A stretch of 50,672 nucleotides of DNA, filler included, from Catajapyx aquilonaris (taxonomy: Eukaryota): the NCBI GenBank assembly GCA_000934665.2. It is 2 parts of 2 records of this genome, joined end to end, with 100 filler letters (N's around TTAATTAATTAA, not from the genome) between each part and the next. Parts side by side here need not be neighbours in the genome. Positions count along the whole stretch, not along the records: positions 1 to 25,256 come from KZ539348.1; 1 more part is not named here. One strand, 5' to 3'. The position numbers and the translations under genes were made by a program. The first letter of the stretch is position 1, and each line of letters begins with the position of its first letter. Positions 10,701-23,829 of this stretch are shown piece after piece. Below the pieces are notes generated by a model, which had not been told where the DNA came from, searched no databases, and saw only the letters and a program-made list of their open reading frames with translations.

Positions 10701-13700
10701 TGCTATGCACGAGAAGGGGATGTCATCCTATTGCGACATGTACGAGGTTTTTTTAGGCGGCTTCCACACCTTGTAAATTTCCTAGATAATTCTATATGAG
10801 TGCCCACTCCTGATAAATTATGAAAACACAAGTGTCCGTTAAAAATTTTTTGAAGGTCTAGTTTAAACGGAGGTAATGTGAGCCACCAGGTGCAACAAAA
10901 GGCATGCGGGAAGCGGGCAACGCCCAGTGCTCGGAGCAGTCTGCCTGGCCAATAAGGATTGAGGATACTTTTTACAACCAAAATGGCAGTGGGGGAGTTT
11001 TGCCTACCCTTGACATATCGTTCTGATTTTTTCCCCAGCGAAAAGTAATTCGCATAATTTCGGGAATTCTTTAATGGTTTTCAGCCGCACATCCACTTAC
11101 TGGGAAATATGCGGTGTGTATTTAAATTCTTGCAGTAAGTGTTTGTTGACAATGAATGAGACCTTTGGCCATTAAAAATATCGTGTGAGTGGTGTAAATA
11201 CTCATGAACATAGTCTTAGGTAACTCTTCTAGTTTCTATGGTGAAAGAAAATTTCTGTCAGGGTTATACCAGTGAATTAAAAAAATTATTTTGTGTGGTT
11301 GCATTATAATGCAACCATCATGGCTGTGGGAGACAAAGGGTTAAGGGTCAGGAAAAGGTTAAGTAAGGGACAGGTCATAGCACCTGTCTTGCAGTGAATC
11401 TCCAACCCTTGGCTAAGAAGTGACTCTCTAGTTCTTTGCTTGCATTTTCCTTATCCTTACTAAGTCAGTTTCCCCTTTTTTGGACCGCCATGATTTTCTG
11501 GGAGGAACTTGATGATTTACAAGAATTTGAAGCTCTTCTATACCTGCAATTGCACACCTGTTCATTAAGACAATTTCTTTCGCAGATATTGATAGAAGAC
11601 ATCGAGAAGATTCTGGAGGGCATGGATGGTGTGACTCCTGTTCATGGCCGCTTTTACTACTTGGCCAGTGAGCTGTATCTGAAGCAGGCCAAGCATGCAG
11701 ATTATTACCGTTCTGCTCTACGTTACCTTGGCTGCACCGACATCCGCACCATTAGTCTTGAGGAGCAGAAAGATCAAGCTTACAAGCTTGGTATTGCCGC
11801 CTTGCTTGGGGAAGGGGTCTACAACTTCGGAGAGCTGGTAATAAAATTTTAACATTTGTGATGTCCTATATGTGCAGACAAATATTCTCTTTGTCTGAAG
11901 TTGTAGTTTTGAAGCAAGAAATTATTAACCTGTTGAGGATTAAGTTTCTTGTTGTTTTTGTGGCTTTTTTCTATTTTCTTTGTCCAAAATTCGATGTAGG
12001 AGTGATATTAATGAACAACAACTTCACGCCAAAATTAATCATTTTAATTCATGGTGGTTTTTTGAATGTAAAATGCTGGAAAAAATTGAACTATAGGGAG
12101 TTCCAGAAATGATTTTTAAAGAATCATCTGCCTCTCAGAACATCGATAGGCCTAACAAGTTTACATAGTCACTATACACTGTTATTATGGTTACATAATA
12201 TTATCACAACACTGTACTATGAGAAACTCCCAAGGGTCCAGACTTTACAGGACACCCTGTACTCAGGGTGTTTGTTTACATGAAAGATGACAGGGCAGTC
12301 CCATGACCTTCGCATATTTGGCGCAGGCCGGCAGGAGCGTGGGACATTCTCGGTTGCCATGGTAGTTTAGTCACTATCCAAGAGATGGCAGTAGAATAGT
12401 GAACCTCATTTGGACCCGCAAAGTTCAAATTCTCTCTGCACATTTTAGACCACCAAATTCAAAAATTCGCACATCATCATATGATTCGTTGCCCTCCACA
12501 GGTTAAGAGAAGTGTTATTAGTTTCATGTAGATTGCATTTTATTCAAATGCACAGCCAGTTGACAGTCCTGACTGTTGACTGACGCAAACAGGAGAATCA
12601 TAGGGGACAAGAAACAATCTCCTCTTGCCTCCTATGATTATACAGTTTGCATTGTTAAGTAAAAACTGGGTGCAGCCATGTAAAGGACATCATTTTGCAT
12701 TATATCATGGAATATAGTTTCACTTTTCGCTCCAAGGAAGCTAAATAACAATTATTTCTCTGTACATCAACATGTATAATGGCCAGTTGCATAATAAGTC
12801 AGTGTGAAAATGTGAACAATTTGGCCAAGGCCTCTTAGTTATGGACTGTCATACCTTGAACAAACTTTTTGATTCAGTATAAGCTTTGCTTATGACTTCT
12901 TCAGGAATATATTTTTCTCTGCACTGAGGATATTGTTCTCTTGAGTTGTGAAATTCAATGTTTGAGAGAGTCAAATTTGTAATTTGTAACATTTAAAATT
13001 ACCACTAGGAAGATACCAGGAACCAGCGGGCGGCCACTCCCCACCTTTTTGTGTGCACCTTAGCTGATCTCCCCCACCGTGGGGGTTTGCCACTGTGGCG
13101 CTGCATCTCAGACCCGAAGACAGGTGGCGCTGCCACTAGCAGGATTTTCTGAACCATTTCGGTCCGATTGGCTGGAGTCATTAAGCTCCTGTGGAGCAGT
13201 ACAGGAAGTGTGTACGTCTCCAGCCAATCAGATTCGACCGAAATGTTTCAGAATTTCCCGCTAGTGGCGGTGCCACCTGTCCTCGGGTCCGAGACTATCG
13301 CCGCCTGTGGCAACCCCCCTCGATGGGTGAGATCAGCTAAGGTGCACAGGGGGGAAAATGTACTGATATAAGGAGTGTCAGGGACCTGCCAGGAACGTTG
13401 CATGGTGTTAATACTAATCTTTGTGACAAAGGTATATAATGGCTAATCTTTTTGCATATTGTTCACTAGATGTGGTATTTAACTAAATCAATGATTGTAC
13501 AGTACTGGTTGTACCTTTCCAGTGGTGTATTACAGTGGGGAATGAGCACACATTGATTTCATGGAAGTTTAAGTTAGTAAAAAGTACTAATTCTACATTG
13601 TCTACCAATTGCCAGAAAATTTAAAATTTACATTCAAGAAGATTCCCTGTGCTTTACTTTTGCAGTTTCAACATTTAAAAATAGTAGCCTACATTCACAA

Positions 13701-16700
13701 CCTGCAAGCCTGGATTTTTACAGCTCGGAGAATAGATAGGGAAAACCTGTTTCACCTTTGTTTCTTTACTTACCATGTGCATCTAAAAAGATTTTGAGGG
13801 GAACCACATTTCATGCATTAATCAATTAAATTAACCCTTTTAGTTATATGATCTGTAAATAAATATACTGCATATTATAAATGGACATTTTATGAGGTTT
13901 AATGAGCAAATTATAAATGCCATGGGCTGGGCACTGAGAATTACATCTGAGATCAAATTCAATTGTGTTTCAAAATATGGACAGGTATAACTAATATTGC
14001 AGTATTAAAAACATCCTTCCCTAACATTTAAAGCTTATACAGATGGCATGTGGTAATTTTGTACTGTCCATACTTTTTGCCACATGGCTTTTGTAATATT
14101 CGTGAGGAGGGTTCAGACAGGTGGGAGTTGTGCATGTGCTGACCTGCATGAGGGAGGATACACAGTGGAGAATTAGAATTTAAAAATCACACTAGGTGGG
14201 AATGTAACAGAGAAGCCCCACCAGATCCACCCTGCTTGATCTGTATTGGCTACTTTGGTGAAGATTCTTTTCATAGCATAAAAAGTTTATTACTTTCACT
14301 GACAGTTATTGAGATTAAGGAAATAGGGTCACCAAACTTGGGCTGTAGTGATTGGTCAGGACGAATTTGCTAATGGTAATTATGGACAGTGCATAAATTG
14401 TGATGTCTGAACAGGCATAGCAAAAGCAACCATGAAAGCTATCCTTCACTTGATGAATCAGGTTTGCAACTTGGTGTGATGTAAATATGCTTATATGTAT
14501 TATTTAAAAGAGACTGAAATGGATAAATCAATTCCCACTTGCAGTACACTGTGAATTATTACAGTAATTTTCTTCGATGTAAGCCTTGTCAATAATAATT
14601 TGTTTTTATAACCTTCCAGCTTGCCCACCCAGTTCTGGAGTCTCTCCTTACTGCCAGTACTTCCTGGTTGGTGCCAGTCCTGTATGCATTCAACTCCGGA
14701 AACATCAGGGAACTGGAGAGACTGAGGCCCAAATGGTCAACAGTTGAGGACCTCAGGATACAGGAGAGATTTCTCAGAGAGAAGATATCCCTGCTCTGCC
14801 TCATGGAGGTAAATTCCCATTTCTTATATTTTTAGTTGTGAAATGCAAATTATCTGGGTTATGCTTTCAGTCCTTGTGGGGTATATCTCGCAGGATATTG
14901 TTATCATTAAATTTGCATTACTCACTGGAACCTTTTCCAAAACACCTGGGCCTAAAGGCAATACAGGTTGGGTCATTTTGTGCATTCCTGGAATGGGATC
15001 AGCCCAATGAAATCCTACCCAAAAATATTGGGGGTGGCATAATTATGCTCCAGTGAGGGTATACGTGAACTGCCTTCTTAAATTCTGGCCTGTTCTCACT
15101 CTACTGAAAAGGTCTGGTTTTATACAGTGCCTACCTCGAAATGTCCCTATCTAACATTGATCAGGATGGTCTGGGCCACAACATATCCAATTTTCAGGCA
15201 AATCGAACGGAAGGCCACTCGCCCATATATTTTGTGCCTCATCCTTTGTGGATTCATGTGGTACTTATAATGACAGTGAGCTTGTCAATTTGTGGATTGT
15301 GGGTCAGACAGGATTACTTGCTTCTATGATGGCAGAACCCCTCAAACATTCCTAAGGGGGAGTCTAGTGTTGTTCAGTTTTGTGCATGACAGGAATAAAA
15401 CCCAACAAAACATAAGAGACTGCATGAACAATATGAATCTGCTGTTGTCTTGCAGTCACATGTTGACGAAGTGCTGTTAAAAATGCCACATGTCACAGTT
15501 TGATCAACTGGCCTGGCAGCAGCTAGCCTTTCAGACAACATACATATTTTTGGAATATTTTACAAGAGACACAGATTAGGGACAGCAAAATGCTTGGTGG
15601 GTCTGTATAATGCCTGCATTCGTCGATACATTTTGATGGATTTTTCTGTTTTATGCCCAAAACCAAATAACAGCTTTTCCCTTCCTTGGTGCTTGGCCCC
15701 AGAAGGGGTGCCACTATCATTGCACAGCTACTGTATGACTGACACTCCATCCATCAAAAAACTGCCTGAACTTACGAGTACCATATGAGTCTGCAACTGT
15801 CATTTTCAAACAGCGACATCAATAGCTGACAGTACATAAATTACTTAACTTTTCTCATTTTCATTTGATCAACCCTGGTATATTTTTGATTCTCTTGTAA
15901 AATTGAGGAGTTTGGACTTGGGATTTTGCTATTGCCACTGACACAGTTGAATTCAGGGATGTTTTTCTTGTGCATGTAACAATAATTGTGAGCAAACTTT
16001 TTCCACAGATGACATTTAAGCGCCCAGCAACAGACCGTCAGTTGTCATTTGATGAGATTGGGGAAGAGTCCCTTATCCCACATAATGAGGTTGAGCTGTT
16101 GGTTATGAAGGCACTGGCCCAAGGGCTCGTAAAAGGGTCCATTGACCAGGTGGCCCAGACTGTGCACATGACCTGGGTACAGCCCAGGGTCCTCAACAAA
16201 GCACAGGTAAACCATTAGCTTCTTTGCAAATGGCTGCTTGCAGGCTTGAAGGTAGCCTCAACCAAGAATTTATCATTGCTGTTTTAAGGTTTATTGTTGG
16301 CAACAGTTATAACTAAAGAACAGATTTTTAGGTTCTAAAAAACCTCAAATAGGTAGGCATTTAGGTCCTGAAAACAGTCAAAATAGGCTCTTAACATAGG
16401 CAGTAAAAATCAAGAAGGTCCAAATTTATTTTCATTCCTATACAATGTTGTTTTTATTGATTTGCAATATTGCAAGTACAGTGAAAGACTGTGGTCCAAC
16501 TAATAAAAGTTGATAAGAACAATAAAATAAAGTATAATGCTGGAATCAACTCCCATATTAATATTTTAGATTACGGAATTTTACAGGCTCCTCTTGGCCA
16601 TGGAATGTTGTTGCACATTAACCAACTAGCAGTTGTTCCATATTTTCGTTGCTTAATCAATTATTCGGCGACGCCTGTCTGACAATAACATATTTATACG

Positions 16701-17738
16701 CTGAAAATGACCTTTCGATGTTACACAACGTAACTTGATCATCCGTGAAAAGTGAAATGTCTTTTACCGCCAATTCATCTGGCATATCTACGGCTTCTTT
16801 GCCCTTTGCACATTGAAGCGAAAGGGATGCCTTCAACGTAAAACCTGCAAAACTCTCAAAAATGTTACAGAACAGCATCAAAAAGGTGGAAATAGGCTCT
16901 AATAGGCTCTAATAGGTCATTTAGGTTCCAACGCCGAAATAGGCCAATTAAGGTTCTATAAAACTACGATTTTTGAGGTCCTTGTGTTATAAAATATTGT
17001 ATTTTGGTTCCGGTGTTCTGCAGACAGAATAAATATTAGGTAAAAACCTAGAAATCCGTTCTCTAGTTAAAACAATGGCAAATTCTCAGTTGAAAGTCTG
17101 GAGGCATCTTTTGTCTTTTCCATTTTTCTGGAGAGGGAGTGTTGATGTCACAGTTGATGTAGCAGGGGAGGAGTCATACCCAAACAACAAGGGGAGATTA
17201 GAGCAGGAAACCAACTTGGCAATTTATATTGATGATGTGAATTTTGATGCAGCTGCTCTCTGCCTCGTTTGTCAGTTGCTAGACAGGCGACACAAGCTGA
17301 GTTAGGAGCTGAGCACACGTGATGGGTTCAGAGGTGAACATGGGACTTGTCGAGGCACCAGACACACTCAACGTGCTGGTTGCAGTCACTAATTGGTTGT
17401 CACGTTGTTGTTGATGTGAAGTCAGGTCTCCTGTCCAGCTCTACCATCTTGCAAGCAGAGAGAGCTGGAGAAAAGAGGTGACATCACGGATAATGTCACT
17501 CATTCCTTCCAAGAAAAATGAAGAACAAAAAAATTCTCCTTTCTATCTTCTGTAATGCAACTGAGCCTTAATATATCTCTGGGTTGATTTCACTTGCTGG
17601 TAATTTGGGCAATAATAATGGTGTTGTTCATTTTTGTAGATTATCAACATGATGGACAGATTAGATATATGGTGTGATGATGTCCACTCCATGGAAATTC
17701 TGCTGGAAAACAAGGCCAGCGAGATCCTCACACTGTAA
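7789..17738 (+). CDS. PSMD13: 26S proteasome non-ATPase regulatory subunit 13 (Rpn9), complete, 379 aa
   Basis: join(7789-7886,10052-10165,10241-10430,11586-11837,14620-14808,16009-16206,17640-17738) = 1140 nt, all GT-AG. Motifs: [66 protein letters not shown] and MTWVQPRVL (PCI domain). Confidence 0.97.
8638..8760. mobile_element. Small hairpin MITE with TA flanks
   Basis: GTCCAACAAGAATTGTCGCAGCGTCAGTGCACGAACTACA pairs with TGTAGTTCGTGCGCTGCCGCTGCGACAATTCCTGTTGGAC. Confidence 0.7.
9268..9418 (-). mobile_element. 5'-truncated RTE LINE 3' UTR fragment with a (GAT)n tail
   Basis: CGACATTTCCTTATGAGGGGTAGTCAGC...CTCAGACA aligns by eye with the LINE 3' UTR at 24719-24850. Confidence 0.8.
13052..13348. 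mobile_element. Fold-back (palindromic) MITE-like element of about 300 bp
   Basis: Ends TGTGCACCTTAGCTGATCTC and GAGATCAGCTAAGGTGCACA. Pairing continues almost to the centre near 13200. TSD not resolved. Confidence 0.8.
16314..17065 (-). mobile_element. Internally deleted hAT element
   Basis: TIRs TAAAGAACAGATTTTTAGG / CCTAGAAATCCGTTCTCTA. TSD GTTATAAC / GTTAAAAC. Subterminal AATAGG repeats. The minus-strand remnant [14 protein letters not shown] resembles the hAT dimerisation ERxFS motif. Confidence 0.82.
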
Positions 17739-17993
17739 TGGCAATACCCTGCCTTTTTTTCCCTAATGAATATAGTAGCATGACTACCATTGATACTGGA
17801 ATTTGTTTTATTTATTTGGAAAGCAAGTACTGTATTGTTATTTTTCATATCGGCATTTGGCCATTTTTTGTAGTTAAAAGAAAAATGATTCTTGTATTGC
17901 AGCTTCAATGGGACATGCACATTTTCTTTATGTCAAAAGGGAAATTAATATTGTATTGTGATTTTGGTAATTTGACCTGTTCTTTTTTTGCAT

Positions 17994-18237
17994 TATTTCT
18001 GAAACTAATGTTGATCACACCTGATGGGAATCATCCTTTAAGTTTAAATGGAAACTAATGTCGTATCATCATTTTGGCCATTTGAACCATTATTTAATCG
18101 AGTAATTTCTGAAACTAATGTTGTATCACACCTGAGGGGAATCATCCTTGAAATATAAAAGGAAACACGTATTGTATCATGATTTTGGTCATTTGAACCA
18201 TTCTTTTTTGAATTATTTCTGAAGCCAATAGTGTATT
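17994..18237. repeat. Diverged tandem repeat, unit about 110 bp, just over 2 copies, downstream of the PSMD13 stop
   Basis: ATTTCTGAA recurs near 17995, 18105 and 18215. TCACACCTGA.GGGAATCATCCTT and CATTTGAACCATT each occur twice. Confidence 0.75.
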
Positions 18238-18466
18238 GGACCTTCTGAAGAAACGTCAGTGACATATAATATGATGTTTGTAAACAAAATGGTGGCAACG
18301 CCAGAAAATATGAGGGCCATACTAAAATGATTAACAATTTATTTTTTTGCGACAAATACAGGGCCCTTGCAGGTCGGCAGATTGGCACGCGTCGATAGAA
18401 CCCTCCTGGAGCCGAATGAACTGGCACCACGGGTGTGCCAACCTCTCCAGGCCCTCCAGGAACCAC

Positions 18467-18653
18467 TTTTGACATGGATACGGCTTGAAAATCGGATCGG
18501 GGGGCATGCAGGAAAACTCGAGCGTGAGCGTTACAGTCAGGGCCCTCCATGGCGCCACGGAGGGATGAGTCTGGCCAGGGCCAGGGCCCCCAAACAATCA
18601 ATTCACTCCCCCCAATACTGATCCAATTTTAAAGACGTATTCATGTCAAAAGC
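18467..18653. repeat. Dispersed repeat end with a short inverted repeat; related copy at about 26325-26475
   Basis: TTTTGACATGGATACGGCTTGAAAATCGGATC is inverted at 18620-18653. GGATACG..T.AAAATCGGATC.GGGGC.TGCAGG.AAACTCGAG...GTTACAGTCAGGGCCC recurs at 26337-26470. Confidence 0.6.
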
Positions 18654-20618
18654 TGCGGTTTGTCCCCCCGACACAACCTAATGTGTTTTTTGGAGGTGCG
18701 GCACACCCATTCCCAGACAACTGCTTACTGTTCAACAATGTCCTCGAAATGGTGTCGGCAGAGGGTTTTTTTCATGGATCCGAACTGGTGAAAGTCCAGG
18801 GGCCAGGCCGGGGAGTATGGCTGGTATGGAAGCATCCAAACCCGGCTCCGTGAAAAAACCCTTCCCCAACACCATTTTGAGGATGTTGACTGTGAGCAGT
18901 TGTCTGGGAGTTGCAGAGCTGTACTGTACACAGCGGGGGAGAAATTGTCACGGGGGTGACAACTCCAGGACCCTGAGGGACCACACAAACCCGAAGACAA
19001 TATTACAATTAATTACAAAAAATTTACCACGGAATTTTTAAATGTTTATGGCTCGTGGACTTTTTCTGAAATTGCTACACTTTGGTGTACAACATTTAAC
19101 AGTGTTATTTATAAATAAATTAAAATGTGACGACTATTTAGACCTCAGTCCAATGTGCTACGATAAAAAATTTCAATTAAATTAATGTGAAATGGCTTTT
19201 AAAATCCCTGCATTCAAAAATTCACAGAAAATTTGACATCTGCAAGCTGTGATAAACATTTTAAAATTCTATGGTAGATTTTTTGAAATTAATTTTAATG
19301 AGCACTGTCGTCAGGTTTGTGCGCCCCTCAGGTTCATTATTAAAATAATTAATGTCCTGCTAAGTAACATCAATGTAGTGGCAGCAATTTTTGCGGAAAT
19401 TCATTGTCCAAGGAGTAATCATATTTATTTCAGTTGTCAACTGTCAAATCAACTTCAACTTTGGTGTCCCCCTAACTCCAATGTTAGGATTCATAATTAT
19501 CCATTCTAAAGTCCAGATAATCTTAATGGAGATTTTTTTATCAAATTTTGTTTATTACCCCCACCACTCCACTTTTTGGGGGTGGGCGAACAACACTTAG
19601 GAAGGTCAAGTACGTGGATAGCCCTCAGCTCTTGGCAATTGCTTCTCCAAATTAAACTCCATAGAATACGAATAAAATAAATCCCTTCGACCCCGGGGCT
19701 CTTTTCCTCAGCACCTGCTGTATACCAGCTACGTAGTTGTGTTGCTACCTCACCTTATGCACCCAAGACTTGATCTTTCCCAGCATACTGTATGTAGCTG
19801 CTAGAGTGGCATGGCATGCCTTGGGCTATCAACTCCTGGGAAACTTGTGTGCATGCAAGGAAGGATAATGGCAATAAAGTTGCATACCCCCTCAGATCCT
19901 AGCTTTCCATTGTGGACTCTTGCAGTATTTGTGCAGTTTCTCTGTAACTGAATTAGTCCTGATGCAATAATTTATCTGGATTTTGTAGATTCCATTTTTA
20001 GCAATGTTGTAGCAGCAAGTCTGTTAACATTGACATAGGTATCCAATCTCCCTGCATGCTAGGAACCTTCTAGGTCTCAGTCTTGAGTCAACCGAAATTC
20101 TTGATGAATATAAAAGGCACATTTGAAATAATGAAATAAACAGAGAAGCTTTTCATGTATATTTTATTATCAGCATACGTTTCACTTGGAATTTAGAAAG
20201 GATCATCTGTGCGTGGATTGCTACTTGTGACATTTAGCTCGCCTTTATCCTCAACTTCCCAAAAACATGCAAAGAAATCACAGATTTTTATAATATTGCA
20301 ACTTTGTAAACTGCTCTTAAGTTTTGCTTTCACTCATAATTAAAATGTCAGAGAATTCATAGATTATTCTAGAATGAACTCAAAAGTTTGTGAACAACTT
20401 CTTGACTATTTATTTTTGTTTATTTTATTTTCACAACCCATGATAGGGCAGAGCCCTTTTAGGGGGAACAACTTCTTGACGATGGAAATAGGAATGAAAA
20501 TATGAACCTCTCACATAGTGTACAATAAGGAGATTGAATCAAATGCAACAAGCAATAACTAGTCCTTTGCCATAACCCGCATAATTATGATATCAATATT
20601 GTGATATACAGAAATTCA

Positions 20619-20915
20619 CCGAAGCAGTAGTGGTGGAGTGGATAGGGTGTCCGACTGCTAATCGGGAGGTCCTGGGTTCAAATCCCGGAGGCCGGCGACC
20701 CTGACCATGGTTTTCTGTGGTTTCCCATGGTCCTTGCAGGATAATTCCGGGGTCGTTACCGTAATATAGGCCACAGCCGCTTCCTTCCTTCCCTATCCCT
20801 GCTTCATTCCGATGAGAAAAAGTAGTAAAAATGGAAGAGTTGCAGACAAAAAATTGGGAGAAATCCCCCCCTAGAAAAGCCCGGTAGGCTGATAATGGGG
20901 TATCAAATTATTATT
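20619..20915 (+). mobile_element. tRNA-derived SINE, family A (older copy)
   Basis: Homologous to 2131-2439. 15-bp TSD ATATACAGAAATTCA at 20604-20618 and 20916-20930. Confidence 0.92.
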
Positions 20916-20940
20916 ATATACAGAAATTCAACATCCTTAA

Positions 20941-21915
20941 CCCGTAGAACCCCAGCCGCCTAAAATTTAGGAGCTGAGAACTCGACCGCCAGGTACCAGC
21001 TATACCCGCCACTGCCTAGTTTTCTGCTTGCTCGTGGGCTGAAGATACGAACAAGATATTTTACAAATAATAACAGCTCTACTTACCCGTTCAGGGAAAA
21101 CGTTATGAATGTGTTGAAAACAATTCCTCCTCCCACAGAAGTCTCTAAATCAATTTCCAAAAATACCGCCGTAAAAACTCGAAATTAGAGTACTGCCGGC
21201 CAACTGTTAGGCTCATTTAGTTATGAAATACGGTACGTTAAAATAATTATACGGAATAACAATTTTGAGAAGGGTGCCAAATGGATTTGCTGAAATCGTC
21301 GTAGGCCTACTTTTCGAGAAACAAGTAAATTTGGGAGTAATCTGAAGTGACAGGCAAGTCGCAGAAAGGTATTTATTTATTTATCGGAAAGTACAGCGAT
21401 TTCAACAGTCTTCTGGCATGGCTCTCAAGATTGTTATTCAGCATATTTTAACGTATTTCATAATTAAATCACCCGAAGAGTTGGCGGGTAGTACTCCGAT
21501 TTTCATATTTTACAGCGATCTTTCTGGAAATTAATTTACGGACTTATAGCCAAGGAAAATTGTTTCCAATATGTTGTGTTTTGCATGAAGGAGTAAGTAT
21601 AGCTGTTACTATTTGTAAAATATCTTGCCCTTACCTTCAGAGTACTTGTAAATTGAACAGGAGGGAAAATCTTGGTGGAAATATAGCGGGTGTACTGGGC
21701 GGTGATCTTTTTGGAAATTAATTTACTGACTTTTATGGGAGGGAAATTGTTATCAACACATTCATAACGTTTTCCCTGAATGTGTAAGTAGAGCTGTTAC
21801 TATTTGTAAAATATCTTGTTCGTATCTTCAGCGCACGAGTAAGCGGAAAACTAGACAGGGGCGGGTATAGCTGGTACACCTGGCGGTTGAGTTCTCAGCA
21901 CCTAGATTCTATGGG
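20941..21915. mobile_element. piggyBac-type fold-back MITE related to 463-1262
   Basis: TTAA at 20937-20940 and 21916-21919. Ends CCCGTAGAA / TTCTATGGG. Shares CAAGATATTTT.CAAATAATAACAGCT and GCTGAAATCGTCGT with the first element. Confidence 0.87.
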
Positions 21916-23829
21916 TTAACTGCAGGTATCAGCATTTTTTTCATGATTAATGGTGTAGCAAGGTGATTCAAATGCGAGTGTGCCTTTATACCCATTCACC
22001 ACATTTGGTGGCCATCAGAGCCAGAGGGTAACCAGCATGAATTATTTCTTGTTGGGACAGGTTGCACATTAGGCCCTGCAATCCTTCTGTGTAGAAAATC
22101 ACATTACTGCCTGGAGCTCCCCATGCATTGAAGGCACATTTTGTTCTGAGTTGGGTCAAGTGCCACATCTAATACTGGCTCCACTTTTACTCTAATGGAC
22201 ATCAAGTGGTGAATGGGCCGAGACGAGACCCTTCTCGGGCAGATATACATAAGACATTTAACAAAAAAGAGTCGCTCATAACAATAATCCTGGCTACTTA
22301 TTTTCTCATCCCTTCTCCATTTTCATGCAATACTGTTTTATGGTGATTGTTGATTCAGTGTGTAATGAAGAGTACTGATGCCTCAAATATTTTTTTAATA
22401 TCATAATTTTCCGGGCAGCATCCTATATCCTGTGTCTATTGGGACTGCTGGTAGAACCGCAGGCAGGCGGCTGGGGGGTGGGCACGCAGGTACCTAGCAT
22501 CCCTTTCTAGGTACCACCTCTGCTGGTATTCGTTGGAGAGAAGTTGGCCGATGGTGACGGGTTCCTGTTTTTATATATAAAATGCGATGAGTACTCATAT
22601 CACTTCAAATACATACTCTGCCACAAAAAGCACACTTACAGATTCATAGCTGGGAACGAATCGTCTGCCTGGCTGCCCACCCCACGGTTGGTACATATCC
22701 TGGCCCAAGACGAAGGGGGTAGGTTGACGGATAATAGCCTATGGAATAAGGTGAAATCAGAGTGATCCATTCAGTATGCATATCCTGACAACCTTCTCCC
22801 ATGGTATAGGAAGTGCATCATCATAATTGATTACCAGTACTTCTGGGAGGCACTTTCTGGTTGTTAGTGACTTACCATAACTCTCCCACAGGACGAGCAT
22901 TGGGCCACGGTGACGTTGTTTGTTTGGTTGGGCATTTTTCAGGTGGATTTGTAGAGGTAACAAAAAATTTTGAAGGACTAGGTCTAAAGATGTGGAAGGC
23001 GGTAGAAAATATTCGAATAAACAAACTGAGGCGGCGCTCGTTGCGGGGCAACGCGGATGACGTCATTTTATACGTCATGTGGCCCCGATTGAGCGGATCT
23101 ACTCAAAAGGCGGCAATATTCAAGAACCTTCAAGGCTTTGCTTCCAGGTGTTCTTATTACGCGGTTAATTGCGATGGGGTCACGTAATACGGAGGGAATA
23201 TCGTAGAACGGGAAAACGCCAGAAAGGGATGGTCCAGTCACCAGCTGTTCATACGCTATTTATTGGAGAGAAAAAATCAAATAAAATACTCCTGCAGCAT
23301 GACACGGTGCTAATCTATCATGCCTGCAAGGTAGTGACAAACACCAAACGCTTTTGGCCTACGGGGTAAACAGCAAAACAAAACAAAAAAAACGCTTGGA
23401 AGTATAGTACAAAGGAAGAAATACTGTACTTAGCTGTACAGCACCAATGCAATGGGGGTACTGTGTCTGTACTTACCAATGCTGCGATCACCTCCTGAGA
23501 AATGCAAAGGTGTAAAGCTACACAAATCTGGAAATTAAAATTCGTCCATGCTTGATGCAATCTGACACAGTCAGCCGGTTCCGTTATCCTCATCATTTAT
23601 GTGATTACCAGCAGAGGAGCCCGTTCTGCCTGTTTCCATGGTAATCACCAACAAAATGCTGTTGCCATGGGCAAACAAAAAAAAGAAACTTTGCCTTACA
23701 TACATAGATTATCCAATCATGTTATTTATTAATTAAAATAGCAGCAAACCCGTGTGTCGTGTCTGGTAGGCTACATATGTGGAACTTGGTGTCTGTCAAC
23801 GTACACAGAAATTATTGAAAGTGGAGGGA

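Noticed and set aside
14450..14517. Intronic C/D-box snoRNA candidate (TTGATGA...CTGA)
   Set aside because: The C box is imperfect, with no convincing terminal stem or recognisable rRNA guide.
18044..19041. Cluster of overlapping ORFs downstream of PSMD13
   Set aside because: They lie in GC-rich dispersed repeat sequence, with no recognisable domain or splice structure.
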